The notes beneath the pieces are model-generated. The model did no database searches and was not told the origin of the DNA. It worked only from the letters and a program-made list of their open reading frames with translations. A stretch of 64,000 bases of DNA, taken from positions 1-64,000 of the forward strand of contig CAVZMI010000034.1 of NCBI GenBank assembly GCA_963776275.1, written 5' to 3'. Below are positions 9,640-20,575 of the stretch, piece by piece; positions within the stretch are counted from its first letter, which is position 1, and each line of letters begins with the position of its first letter. Position numbers and translations under genes: made by a program. The DNA comes from Ignavibacteriota bacterium. Its GTDB lineage: Bacteria; Bacteroidota; Ignavibacteria; UBA10030; CAVZMI01.

Positions 9640-10703
9640 TGCCGACACGACCGAAACATCAGAGAATTCTAATCGTCCGTACCGATCGTATCGGAGATGT
9701 CGTCCTGGCGACACCATTAATCCGTGCAGTACGGCAGGCATATCCAGCGGCCTTTATTGCCGTGATGGTACGGCCATATGCAGTACCAATACTTAAGTGG
9801 AATCCCTCAATCGACGAAATCATCGTTGACGATTTCGACGGTAAACATAAAGGACGAACAGGTTTCTGGAAACAGGTTGCTGCAATACGCAAACGACGAT
9901 TCAATACGGCGCTTCTTCTCTTTCCTACAGAGCGCGCAGCCTGGATGCTTTTCTGGGCGGGGATTCGCACGCGGATCGGTGTGGGGCATAAGTTGTACGA
10001 GCTGCTGACATTTATGCGGACAGTCAGCCGCCACCGATATATACCGCTCCGCCATGAAGCCGACTACTGCCTCGATCTTGGAAGAGCGATCGGCGTCCGG
10101 TCAAACGATCTATCAACCGAGATTTTTATCACAGAAGAGGAACGCGAAGACGCCCGGAAATTTCTTGAGGCACTCGGTGTCGATCATAGCAAGACGATAA
10201 TGGGGATAAACCCGGGAAGCGGCCGTTCATCTCCAAATTGGACAATAGAGAATTATATTACATTCGCCGGTGAATTGCTGGATCGTTACGATGTAACAAT
10301 TATAGTAAGTGGCACTGAACGTGAATTAGTAGACGCTTTCCGGAATATTAATAAACCGAAAATCATCCGGCTGCCGGAATTACCGTTAAGGCAATTCATC
10401 GCAGTGCTAAGTCACTATAATTTCTTTTTTTCGGCAAGCACAGGGCCAATGCACATCGCCGCGGCGTTGAAAATACCGACGCTATCGCTCTTTTGTCCAT
10501 TACCGGCCTGTTCGCCGCAGCTCTGGGGACCTCAGGGGAATATTTCCGAGGTTGTTATCGCTCCGGATAGTGTTTGTCAAACGACGTGCGAGAAAGATCC
10601 TCACATTTGCACCATGCAGGAAGTCGGAATACCGATGGTCCTGAATCATTTTGAAACGCTTCGTCACCGCGTAGTTGAAGGACAAAACAACTTAAGAAAC
10701 TGA
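9639..10703 (+). CDS. Glycosyltransferase family 9 (heptosyltransferase-like)
   Basis: RTDRIGDVVL and STGPMHIAAA motifs. Confidence 0.9.
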   Translation: MPTRPKHQRILIVRTDRIGDVVLATPLIRAVRQAYPAAFIAVMVRPYAVPILKWNPSIDEIIVDDFDGKHKGRTGFWKQVAAIRKRRFNTALLLFPTERAAWMLFWAGIRTRIGVGHKLYELLTFMRTVSRHRYIPLRHEADYCLDLGRAIGVRSNDLSTEIFITEEEREDARKFLEALGVDHSKTIMGINPGSGRSSPNWTIENYITFAGELLDRYDVTIIVSGTERELVDAFRNINKPKIIRLPELPLRQFIAVLSHYNFFFSASTGPMHIAAALKIPTLSLFCPLPACSPQLWGPQGNISEVVIAPDSVCQTTCEKDPHICTMQEVGIPMVLNHFETLRHRVVEGQNNLRN

Positions 10704-10839
10704 ATATTTCTGATTTCTGTATATGAACCATACGGATTGATGATTGATGAATTAAAAAAGGTATTATTTTTAAAGAGAGAATGATTATTGTGGAGGAGAG
10801 TCACTTTATAAGCACTGTTTACAGACGAGGAGGTCGTTC

Positions 10840-11355
10840 ATGAACAGAACACTGACGATTGTATTCATTGCAGTCTTCATCCTGCCATTAATGGTAGGAT
10901 TTACTCCAAAGCCTCATTCCTCCGGGACGACGAATCAATATATCTATTGGATGCCATTTGGTGAAGCACTGAAATATGCAAAGGAGAATGAAAAGATCAT
11001 ATTTGTTTATGCATATACTGATTGGTGTCCGCAATGTAAAAGAATGGAGGCCCTGACATTCACCGATGCGACGGTACAATATTACCTCCGCGAGAAATTT
11101 GTCTGTACTAAAATTAATGCTGAATCCAACGTACAACACGAGTGCAACAGTCAGGTTCTCACCGAACAGCAGATTGCCCAATCGTTGGAAGTCGATGAAT
11201 ATCCTTCGATGATTATGCTGGCCCCTTTAGGCGGATCACTTGGTACTTTCAGCGGTTTCCACGAGTCGACCGATCTGCAGCAAATGCTTGTTTATTTTGG
11301 CGAAGGCCATTACCGTAAAATGCCGTACAATATGTGGTTAAAGGGAAGACGGTAG
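10840..11355 (+). CDS. Exported thioredoxin-fold protein (SoxW-like)
   Basis: Signal peptide, WCPQC, cis-Pro YP; GAGGAGG RBS. Confidence 0.85.
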   Translation: MNRTLTIVFIAVFILPLMVGFTPKPHSSGTTNQYIYWMPFGEALKYAKENEKIIFVYAYTDWCPQCKRMEALTFTDATVQYYLREKFVCTKINAESNVQHECNSQVLTEQQIAQSLEVDEYPSMIMLAPLGGSLGTFSGFHESTDLQQMLVYFGEGHYRKMPYNMWLKGRR

Positions 11356-11363
11356 GAAAGAGT

Positions 11364-11398
11364 CAAGCACCAAATTCCAAGCAACAAATACCAAATTT
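11364..11398. repeat. Five degenerate CAAxxxx heptamers
   Basis: caagcac caaattc caagcaa caaatac caaattt. Confidence 0.55.
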
Positions 11399-11413
11399 AT
11401 ATGTCTGGAGATC

Positions 11414-12622
11414 CTAGATTATAAACTTGGAATTTGATGTTCGTAACTTCTCATAATATTTCTTCACAAGCTCGACAATTCTCTCCAGGTCGATCATCTG
11501 TATACATTCAAGATTATACGGACATTGCTGTTTCCAGCAGGGAGAGCATTCCAGCGTTTGCGGGTATAGTTTTTCTCCCCTTCCGTACACATCAACCTCC
11601 GTCCAGCAGCTCAAGCCGAACCAGGCGATCACATATTTTTTCAATCCAATTGCTACGTGCATGCCGAATGAGTCACCTGTGATTACAACGTCGCAGAGGT
11701 TCTCGTAACAAATCCCACGGCGAACGCCTTCGGTCGTTGGAGTGAACAGTGCCTTTTCTCCAACCCGCCGGGCAATTTCGGCATTCCGTTCTGTGTCCTC
11801 GGATCCACCGAGAAGAACCAATCGGGCCTGCGGAAGCACTTCATAGATTCGATTGATTAATGCAACGTGTTGATCGACAGTCATTTTTTTATTGGGATAC
11901 AGCGTCGAACATCCTGTGTTAAAACCGATGATCAGTCCTGCCTTATCCAGACCCTGTTCCTGCTTATACTTGTTACAGAAGTGCTCCTCCTCTGCCGTCA
12001 GATTCAACACATATTCGTCATGCCTGTACTCAAGTTTCATCGTTTGATGGAGTACATCCGAAACTGTGCGAGTATTCACACGAAACTTCAGATGATCATC
12101 GAGTCCGAGGAGATAATTGTATTCTGCCTCCTTATTCAGAGGGATAATCTGTCCTCGTTCATTGACTCCATAGCCGAGCTTTTTCTTTGCACGAACACCC
12201 ATCGTGAATGCACCGGAGCGTTGTGATTTATCGACATTCATCACAATATCGAATTTCATCGATCCGAGAATTAAACGGCTTTCCGGTCCCCAGACGAATA
12301 CTCTATCGATATATTGATTATTATCCAAAAGCCGATGCGCGTTCTCCATCGTTATCCAAGTGATAATACTGTCGGGATATTTCCGTTTTATCGCCGGAAG
12401 AATTGATGTAGTTGTAAGGACATTACCCATCGCGTCAAGGTTGACGATAAGAATTCGAATGTTATTCTTTTTCTTCTCGTAGCAGCCGTCCACGGCACAA
12501 TTCACACCGGGATAACACGGTTTATAACCGGTAAAACGGGGACAATCGGGGATATGAAAATTCCTTTTTGTCTTTGCAGTCTGCGGTTTTCTTTTTAGGG
12601 AATGTGATAGTCGTCGTGCCAT
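11414..12622 (-). CDS. Glycosyltransferase family 9 with Cys-rich N-terminus (start uncertain)
   Basis: CPRFTGYKPC, LDAMGNVL, GDSFGMHVAIG, CSPCWKQQC. Confidence 0.85.
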   Translation of the reverse strand: MARRLSHSLKRKPQTAKTKRNFHIPDCPRFTGYKPCYPGVNCAVDGCYEKKKNNIRILIVNLDAMGNVLTTTSILPAIKRKYPDSIITWITMENAHRLLDNNQYIDRVFVWGPESRLILGSMKFDIVMNVDKSQRSGAFTMGVRAKKKLGYGVNERGQIIPLNKEAEYNYLLGLDDHLKFRVNTRTVSDVLHQTMKLEYRHDEYVLNLTAEEEHFCNKYKQEQGLDKAGLIIGFNTGCSTLYPNKKMTVDQHVALINRIYEVLPQARLVLLGGSEDTERNAEIARRVGEKALFTPTTEGVRRGICYENLCDVVITGDSFGMHVAIGLKKYVIAWFGLSCWTEVDVYGRGEKLYPQTLECSPCWKQQCPYNLECIQMIDLERIVELVKKYYEKLRTSNSKFII

Positions 12623-12742
12623 AGTATAAATAGTGAATTTTGAATTGCTACCCGTAAACAGCCAGGTTGCCGAACATTGAGAGAGAGCCACTTAAGAAGC
12701 TAGCCGAGGCAATCTCTATATAAAAACCACAACAATAAATTC

Positions 12743-13778
12743 CTACTGTTTTGGAATAATATTATTCTTTTTCATTATTTTTTCGGCGGCAGCCAGAACA
12801 TCGCCGACACTCAGCTCGTTCATACAGATGTGGCCAATCGGACATTTAGTCAAATTGCAGCCCAGGCAGTCCAGCCCTTCCTTCCGGGTATATCCATGCT
12901 CTTGTCCGTAGGGTCCCTGTAAATCCGGACGAGTCGGTTCCGTAGATACCGAGTGTCGGGACACGTAATGCAGCGGAAATATGCATGGGACCGGAATCAT
13001 TACTAATCACCATTGAGCACCGCCGAATGAGGGCTCCAAGCTGCTTGAGCGATGTCACGGGTGGAACTATACACCGGTTTTTCATCGCATGTTGAAACAT
13101 ATCTATTTCTTTTCCCTCGCCGGGTCCCCAGAGAACGAGTATTTTCGCATGATACTTTTCAATTAAAATATTACCGAGCTCGGCAAAACGATCCAATCCC
13201 CACTGCTTTGTGTACCACCCACTCCCGATAGATAATCCCGCGACAAATCCATCGGAGAGATCTTGCGTGTCAAAAAAAACGCCGGCATATTTTTTTTCTT
13301 CCTCGCCGAGCGGGAACATTAACGACCGCGAGACAATTGGAATTCCAATGGCTTCAAGCGCATCGAGATTGAATTGAGTATTATGGACTTCCCCGCCGCG
13401 CGACGGGACTCGCACATTATAAGCATAGCTCCGGCCCCGGAATGGATATCCGACCCTCAGCCGGGCTCCACTACAAAACGTTATAAACGCTGACCTCGGA
13501 TTACTGAAGAGATCGAAAATTAAATCGTACCGGTTATTCCTGATCCTTCGAACGAGGCCGATACTCGATATTTCGGCTTTATCAAAAATAATCAGGTCAT
13601 CGATCGCCGGATTTCCCTGCAGCACTTCGCGGCTCTGTTTTTCCACCAGGAAATCGATCTGTGCATTTGGTAAGGCGGACCGTAAATTTTTAAGCACGAT
13701 CGTCGATAAGAGAACATCCCCTATCCCGCGAAGTTTAATGACAAGGAGACGGCGTATCGAATACGTATTAATGTCCAT
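12743..13778 (-). CDS. Glycosyltransferase family 9, frameshift near 12939
   Basis: LRGIGDVLL, NDSGPMHI; removing one base restores YGPTRPDLQGPYG...CLGC. Confidence 0.85.
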
Positions 13779-13870
13779 TCAATTTCAGATGAGAATGTTG
13801 CTCAATATACAAAAAGGAAGAGCAGCACGCAAACACACACTCCACTAAACTGCAAAATTCGGCCCATTGA

Positions 13871-16781
13871 TCACTGCAATGCGGACTTAAGGAATTTTCC
13901 GGTGTACGATGACGGATGTTTCGCGATTTCTTCGGGAGTTCCAACCGTTACAATATATCCTCCAGCGGCACCTCCCTCGGGTCCGAGATCGATCACGTGA
14001 TCGGCGCATTTGATGACGTCGATATTATGTTCGATGATGAGAACGGAATGGCCCGCATCGATCAGTGCGTTAAAGCATTTCAGCAATTTCGCAATGTCAT
14101 CGAAATGCAAACCGGTGGTCGGCTCATCGAAGATGAAAAGGATATGGCCCTCGGTTTCTTTCGCTGCCAGGTGAAGAGCCAGTTTTACCCTCTGTGCCTC
14201 TCCGCCCGATAGTGTCGTCGCCGGCTGCCCGAGGCGGAGGTATCCGAGTCCTACATCAGCAAGTACCTGTAATCGTGAGGCAACACGACGGCCCGTAGGA
14301 TCGTGGCGAAAAAATTCTATCGCCTCCGTCACCGTCATTGCGAGGATATCGTCGACATTCTTCCCATGATATTTGACATCGAGAACTTCGCTCTTGAAGC
14401 GCCTTCCTTTGCACGACTCGCAGAGAAGATAAAGATCGGCCATGAACTGCATCTCGATTTTCTGATATCCATCTCCTTCACACACATCACAACGGCCGCC
14501 GGGAACGTTAAACGAGAAATATCCCGGTTTATATCCGCGGATCCTTGCCTGCTGTGTGTTCGCCAGAAGATCACGAATGAGATCGAACACCTTAATATAT
14601 GTAACCGGATTTGATCTGGGTGTGCGGCCTATCGGTGATTGATCGACCATTTCAACCGTATCGACCAATTCGCTTCCTTCAAATCCCCTCACCTTTCCCA
14701 CCGACTCATCATATTCCCCTTTTTGCCGCCTGATGCCAGCGTAGAGTATTTGATGAACAAGAGTACTCTTCCCTGAACCGCTCACACCGGTAACGCACAC
14801 AAATCGATTAAGAGGAATATCGACAGTAATATTTTTCAGGTTATGTTCTGCGGCTCCAAGGATTCGTAGAGTTTTTGTCTTTCCAGTCCGGCGTTTTGCA
14901 GGCAGAGGTATTGACAGATGACCGCTGAGATATTTTCCGGTCAACGATTCTGCATGTTTGAGGATTTGATTGTACGATCCCAGAAAGACCAGCTCTCCTC
15001 CCTGTTCTCCCGCACGACGGTCCCAGATCGACGATGACATCACTTTCGCGCATCATTTCGGCATCGTGTTCGACAACAAGAACGGTATTACCAACGTCAC
15101 GAAGCGATTCCAGGATCGTGATTAACCGATGGATATCCCGCGGATGAAGTCCGATACTGGGTTCATCGAGTACATAGAGTGAACCAACCAGCGATGATCC
15201 AAGCGAGGTCGCGAGGTTGATGCGCTGCGATTCTCCACCTGAAAGCGTACTCGAGAGCCGGTCTAATGTCAGATAACCGATACCGACATCAACGAGATAT
15301 TTCAGCCTGCGCCGGAGTTCTTCCATGATTCTTCTGGCAACTTCCCATTCATGGTCGGATAATTCAAGAAGGCGAAAAAATTCCTCGACCTCCCCGATTG
15401 TCATCCGTACGATCTCGGCAATATTTTTCCTGCCGACTTTTATGTTCAGCGCCTCCGGTCGAAGCCGGGCTCCGTCACATACAGGACATGTCGTATATCC
15501 GCGGAATCGGCTGAGAAATACGCGATAATGGATTTTATATGTCTTCCGTTCAATTTCCTTGAAAAATTTGTTGAGACCATAAAAATCTTCATATCCTTCC
15601 ATTACGACACGAATCTCTTCGGCTGTTAATGCCTCATAGGGAACATCGACCCGTACATTTGCATTCTGGTGAACACGAAGCAGGGCACGAAGATGTTCTT
15701 TGAATTTTGGTGTCGTCCATGGTACGATCGCACCTTCACGTATTGTTCGCGACCTGTTCGGAGCGACAAGATCCATATCAATTCCAACAGCCCGTCCGAA
15801 TCCCTGGCACTGCGGACACGCTCCGAAAGGATTGTTGAAGGAGAACAATCGCGGCTGTGGTTCTTCAAATCGAATGCCGCAATGTGAACAGGCAAAATGT
15901 TGATTGAAAAGTGTCTCGCGTCCGCTATCGACCTCTCGAATAATCGCATATCCATCACCTGAAGTGAACGCGGTCTCGATCGAATCGGGTATTCTCGAAT
16001 CTGCTGTCGCATGCCGTATAACCAATCGGTCAATGAGAACCCGGAGATCCTGTTTTCGTACTTTTGCCGGAAATCCGCCGGCTTGTCCTGAGCGCTTGCG
16101 CCTACCGACTTGCGCTGAGCGACTTGCGCCGAGCGACTCGTGCCGAGCGCAGTCGAGGCGAGTCGAGGCGAGTGGAAGTAAGTCGGATTCATTCACATCG
16201 ATGATAGTTCCATCCAGAACAAATCGAAAATATCCCTGCTTCTGAAGATTCTCAATCTCCTGATTAACGGTTACTTTCGGATGATCATGGACCGGAAACA
16301 AGACATAGACTTTTGTACCGTCGGGAAGCTTCTGGAGATATTCCACAACCGATGCAACAGTATCACGACGAATAAGGGCGCCGCATTTCGGACAAAATGT
16401 CTGACCAATCCGCGCGAAAAGAAGGCGGAGATAATCGTAGATTTCTGTCGTTGTCCCTACCGTCGATCTGGGGTTCCGTGAGTTTGTCTTTTGCTCAATG
16501 GCCATGGCGGGCGAGATACCCTGTATGACGTCGACATCGGGTTTATCCATCCGTTCAAGAAATTGCCGCGCATAGGCTGAGAGACTCTCGACGTACCGGC
16601 GCTGCCCTTCGGCATAGATTGTATCGAACGCAAGGCTCGATTTCCCGGAACCGCTTACTCCCGTAATTACTATGAGCTTGTTCCGGGGTAAATCGAGCGA
16701 AATATTTTTCAGGTTGTGAACCCGGGCCCCGCGGATAATGATCGACGAAGTCCGAGGACCGGTTGATTTTTCGTGTGTCAT
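13871..16781 (-). CDS. uvrA: Excinuclease ABC subunit A, frameshift near 15018, in-frame repeat insert at 16082-16190
   Basis: Two GVSGSGKS Walker A motifs, LSGGE signatures, zinc fingers; DLGPRAGEQGG restored by removing one T. Confidence 0.95.
16082..16190. repeat. Nested array of 24-nt palindromic elements inside uvrA
   Basis: Five 13-14 nt left halves (cttgcgccgagcga-like) followed by four 10-nt right halves (agtcgaggcg-like). Confidence 0.75.
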
Positions 16782-17764
16782 TCGTGAATCAATTCATGAA
16801 GCAGCACTGTCATGACAACTCTGGGATCTGTCGGAGTGGATTTGAGTTCCTCGTCTGCACGAAGCAGACTCTCAAAGTTGGCCTCGATACGAGACACCGG
16901 ATATTCGTCTAGCTGGGAAATATATTCCTTGATAAAATATGGATTCACCCCGGCTTTGCCTGCGATATCCTTGTCCGATTGTTTTTTTGAATGGAGTTCG
17001 GCGATTTTCCAGAGTGTGGTAAAATGCCGTGTAATCATCACAACCATCATTGTTGCCTGTTCACCCGCCTGGAGCATCCGTTCCATAATTTCAATCGAGC
17101 GTCCCAGGTTTCGCGTCCCGATCATTCTTGTAAGCTCGAAGATATTATAGACCTTCGACAGACCGACGACATCGGTTACATCGGCAATCTCAATCGTCGG
17201 GCGTTCCCCGACTGCAATAAAAAGTTTCTCAATCTCGTTATTTAAATCGCGAAGTGAATTCCCCACATGGGCATGAAGCAGGCGGGCTCCTTCCGACGTA
17301 ATAACCTTCCCGCGTTCTTTCACACGCGAAATGATCCAATCGGGGACTCTGTCATCATACAGCGGACGGCACTCGATAATTTCAGCCTTTGTTTTCAGTG
17401 TCACATAAGGCTTTCTGCGCATGTCCACTTTTTCAGCCAACAGCAGGAGGCTTGTCGTTTCAGACGGCTGCTCGATGTAGCCTATAAGTTGTTCATTGTT
17501 GGCGAGCCGATCAAAATCCCTTACGACAACCACCCGCCGTTCCGCCATCATCGGATATGCAGAGGCGAGGGCGACGACATCCTTTGCCTCGAGGTCACTT
17601 CCATAGACAATATCAAGATTGAATCCGCGCGTACCTTCGTCGACCGCCGTTTTGATGAACGATTGCACCATCTCATCAATGAGAAAATCTTCTTCTCCGT
17701 AGAGAAGATATACGGAACGAAATTGCCGTTGCCGTAGTGCACTATGAAAATCCTCAGGGGTCAT
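16778..17764 (-). CDS. holA: DNA polymerase III delta subunit
   Basis: VYLLYGEEDFLI, FNLDIVYG, PMMAERRVVVV, NEIEKL. Confidence 0.9.
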   Translation of the reverse strand: MTPEDFHSALRQRQFRSVYLLYGEEDFLIDEMVQSFIKTAVDEGTRGFNLDIVYGSDLEAKDVVALASAYPMMAERRVVVVRDFDRLANNEQLIGYIEQPSETTSLLLLAEKVDMRRKPYVTLKTKAEIIECRPLYDDRVPDWIISRVKERGKVITSEGARLLHAHVGNSLRDLNNEIEKLFIAVGERPTIEIADVTDVVGLSKVYNIFELTRMIGTRNLGRSIEIMERMLQAGEQATMMVVMITRHFTTLWKIAELHSKKQSDKDIAGKAGVNPYFIKEYISQLDEYPVSRIEANFESLLRADEELKSTPTDPRVVMTVLLHELIHE

Positions 17765-18342
17765 TTTGCCTGTTGCTTCGCTGTCTCGATCACAGTGACT
17801 CTGGTCATGATTGCTTTTTGTTGGGGTCGGTCACGCTGGTCACGCGGAAGATTGACAATCTTATCAACGACATCCATTCCCTTATCGACTTTTCCCCATA
17901 CCGTATATTTATTATCAAGAGATGAAACGTCGGCGACACAGATGAAAAACTGACTCGTTCCGCTGTTGATGTCGTTTCCTTTGCGAGCCATCGAGAGTAT
18001 TCCCCGTTTGTGTGATTCCTTACTGAATTCTGCGGGAACCGTTTCCTGTCCCGGTTGCCCTATTCCCCATGTATCCGGATCACCGTGACGGCTGTTCGGG
18101 TCGCCTCCCTGAATAACGAAACCTGGAATAACACGATGGAAGAGAAGACTGTCGAAAAATCCTTCTTTCGCAAGCTTTTCCATATGAGCTACCGTTTTCG
18201 GAGCGATGTCGTTATAGAGTTCAGCCTCGATCTTCCCGAAATTCGTTTCGATCACAAGAGTATCGCGCTGGGCTTTGGCGCATTCAATGTTCGTGATTGT
18301 GGTCATAAAAATAACCGCCATGAGTAGATGTTTTCCTTTCAT
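17761..18342 (-). CDS. Cyclophilin-type peptidyl-prolyl isomerase
   Basis: FHRVIPGFVIQGGDP, LSMAR, SQFFI. Confidence 0.93.
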   Translation of the reverse strand: MKGKHLLMAVIFMTTITNIECAKAQRDTLVIETNFGKIEAELYNDIAPKTVAHMEKLAKEGFFDSLLFHRVIPGFVIQGGDPNSRHGDPDTWGIGQPGQETVPAEFSKESHKRGILSMARKGNDINSGTSQFFICVADVSSLDNKYTVWGKVDKGMDVVDKIVNLPRDQRDRPQQKAIMTRVTVIETAKQQAK

Positions 18343-18375
18343 AATACATTCCCTAAAATTGAGAGGATTGGATTA

Positions 18376-19197
18376 TTATTGTATTACAATTCCAAATTGA
18401 AGAACGATCAGAATAAGAACCGCAAGGGCAATCCGGTACCAGACAAAAACAAATGTCGTATGTGTCCGCAGATAGCGAAGAAGGAATTCAATCGCCAGAT
18501 AACCGCTGACGGCTGCCACAAGTGTTGCTACGATCAGTTCGATGCCCAGCGAGCCCGTTAGTTCATGCCTTATTTCGTAGAGCTCGTAAAGTCCGCTTGC
18601 CGTTACTGCCGGAATGCTCAGGAGAAACGAAAATCGCGCTGCTGCTTCCCGTGTTATTCCGAGAAAGAGTGATGCCGTGATGGTCGTTCCGGATCGTGAT
18701 GAACCGGGGATGAGGGCGAAAGCCTGTGCGATACCGACGATGAATGCTTCCCACCATCTCATCTCCTCCATTTGACGCCGGAAGGAAGATATTTTTTCGG
18801 CAACAATGAGAATGAGACCCAGAAGAAATAAGCTTGCAGCAATGACATACAGCGAGCGGAACGATGTTTCAATCGCGTTTTTCAGTATCAAGCCGGCAAG
18901 GACGACGGGTATTGTGCCCAATCCGACCCACCAGGCCATACGGGAATCGACGCTTTCGAAAGGTTTACGCACCAACAATCCGGCAATAAACGCCCTGATA
19001 AACCTGAGAATATCTCGGCGGAAATAAACCAGCACTGCAATGAGCGTCCCCAGCTGGATGACTGCCGATACTGCAGCTCCAGGGTCGTTCCAGCCTACTA
19101 ACGCAGGAATAACTCGAAGGTGCGCCGTGCTGCTGATCGGAAGAAACTCTGTAATTCCCTGTGTCAGGCCTAGAAGAAAAGCTTCAAGAAAAGACAT
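18376..19197 (-). CDS. uppP: Undecaprenyl-diphosphate phosphatase
   Basis: QGITEFLPISSTAH and PGSSRSGTTI motifs. Confidence 0.95.
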   Translation of the reverse strand: MSFLEAFLLGLTQGITEFLPISSTAHLRVIPALVGWNDPGAAVSAVIQLGTLIAVLVYFRRDILRFIRAFIAGLLVRKPFESVDSRMAWWVGLGTIPVVLAGLILKNAIETSFRSLYVIAASLFLLGLILIVAEKISSFRRQMEEMRWWEAFIVGIAQAFALIPGSSRSGTTITASLFLGITREAAARFSFLLSIPAVTASGLYELYEIRHELTGSLGIELIVATLVAAVSGYLAIEFLLRYLRTHTTFVFVWYRIALAVLILIVLQFGIVIQ

Positions 19198-19212
19198 TCC
19201 GTCTCCAGTCGG

Positions 19213-19959
19213 TTAAAAGTAATATATAAAACCCAGTGTGACACCGATGCTGATAAAGTTCATCGACACCAAACGGTTTGATGTGGATGGCTCATCGAAG
19301 ATGCCGCCGCTATAGTTTCCCACGAACGAAAATCGCAATCCTGCCCCAATAATGAGATAGACATGTTCACCAAGCGGAGTCTGACCCGAAATATCGAGTT
19401 TCACTCCGATGCCGTTTGCCGATGATCGCATTGAGCCCAGGTACGATGGAAATTTCTCTTCAAGTGTAGCAAAATAATATCCCACACCTCCGCCAAATTT
19501 CAAAAAATATCCCTGCGCACCGATGAATAGATATTGAACGATCACCGATGGCATGTGAACACCGTAGGAAAAATCGATTTTTCCTACGTTATCCGGATCG
19601 TCGATCGAGTGGGAATTGAGGAGATAGGCGTATTCAATCTTCAGAGACATGTCGCTCGAGAGATGAAATTCAGGAGCAATAAAGAATTCTCCGGCAACAT
19701 TCCAGTTGCCGATCGTCTGTGACCTTGCAGATAAATTTATAAAATCAGTGAGTTCCTTCGCGTCAATCCCGCAGACGGTCATCCCGGCTCCGATTCCGGT
19801 TTTGGGAACATCCGGCCAGGTGGACTCACCAGGCGGCCTGGCATGCGCAAATGAGATAAACGCAATAACCCCCGTGAGCAACAATAGGAAAAACGATCTG
19901 TAAAAGAAATAATGTTGATTCATCGTAGAAAGGACTTTATCGAAGATCAATGACCTCAA
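19213..19959 (-). CDS. Outer membrane beta-barrel protein (start uncertain)
   Basis: Signal peptide, amphipathic strands, C-terminal aromatic residues. Confidence 0.65.
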   Translation of the reverse strand: MRSLIFDKVLSTMNQHYFFYRSFFLLLLTGVIAFISFAHARPPGESTWPDVPKTGIGAGMTVCGIDAKELTDFINLSARSQTIGNWNVAGEFFIAPEFHLSSDMSLKIEYAYLLNSHSIDDPDNVGKIDFSYGVHMPSVIVQYLFIGAQGYFLKFGGGVGYYFATLEEKFPSYLGSMRSSANGIGVKLDISGQTPLGEHVYLIIGAGLRFSFVGNYSGGIFDEPSTSNRLVSMNFISIGVTLGFIYYF

Positions 19960-20572
19960 CGCCCTCAGGCGGGATGAAGATGAACATGCTATCGCTCACC
20001 CCGGCGTTCATCGAGAATTTTGAAATATTATAGGTTGAATGCGCATCGCTAAAATTAATTGTTTCAACCTTCCGTACGACAAGCTCATCGTCGTCAATCC
20101 AGAGCTTAATTGATTTGAGTGCCGAGGATTCCGATTTTGGTGTAAGTTTGATAATGGTCAATTCCCTTTTCTCGATGACCTCCGACCCTATTCGAATGGC
20201 ATCATACTCTTTCGGAATACTGAGAAATAGACGTTCCGGAGAGAGGTTTTTCGGATCTTCCTTATATTTATCGATCAGTACCTGCTTTTTCACTTTATTC
20301 AACCGCCAGACATTCACACCGTCGGTTACCAGGAGTTCATTCTCCATTTCGATCCGGTACCTGTTGTTTTTCTTCATGCGAATGGTTCCGGCCACATGCT
20401 GTGTGACTTTCGCGAGCGGGAGATAGGTCGTTTGTGAAAACATGAACGTAGCATCGTTCACTTTTTCATATTTTTTCTGGAGCTTATCCAGCAATTCCAG
20501 AGCCTGGGACTGTGCGTTCATTTTCAGAACTGCGCACAGAAACACAACAAGTGTTATCGTTCGATAAATCAT
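19937..20572 (-). CDS. lolA: Outer membrane lipoprotein carrier LolA-family protein
   Basis: FSQ...GTI...YRIE...VTDGVNVW, F.F.PPEGVEVIDLR; follows ftsK. Confidence 0.85.
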   Translation of the reverse strand: MIYRTITLVVFLCAVLKMNAQSQALELLDKLQKKYEKVNDATFMFSQTTYLPLAKVTQHVAGTIRMKKNNRYRIEMENELLVTDGVNVWRLNKVKKQVLIDKYKEDPKNLSPERLFLSIPKEYDAIRIGSEVIEKRELTIIKLTPKSESSALKSIKLWIDDDELVVRKVETINFSDAHSTYNISKFSMNAGVSDSMFIFIPPEGVEVIDLR

Positions 20573-20575
20573 CGT

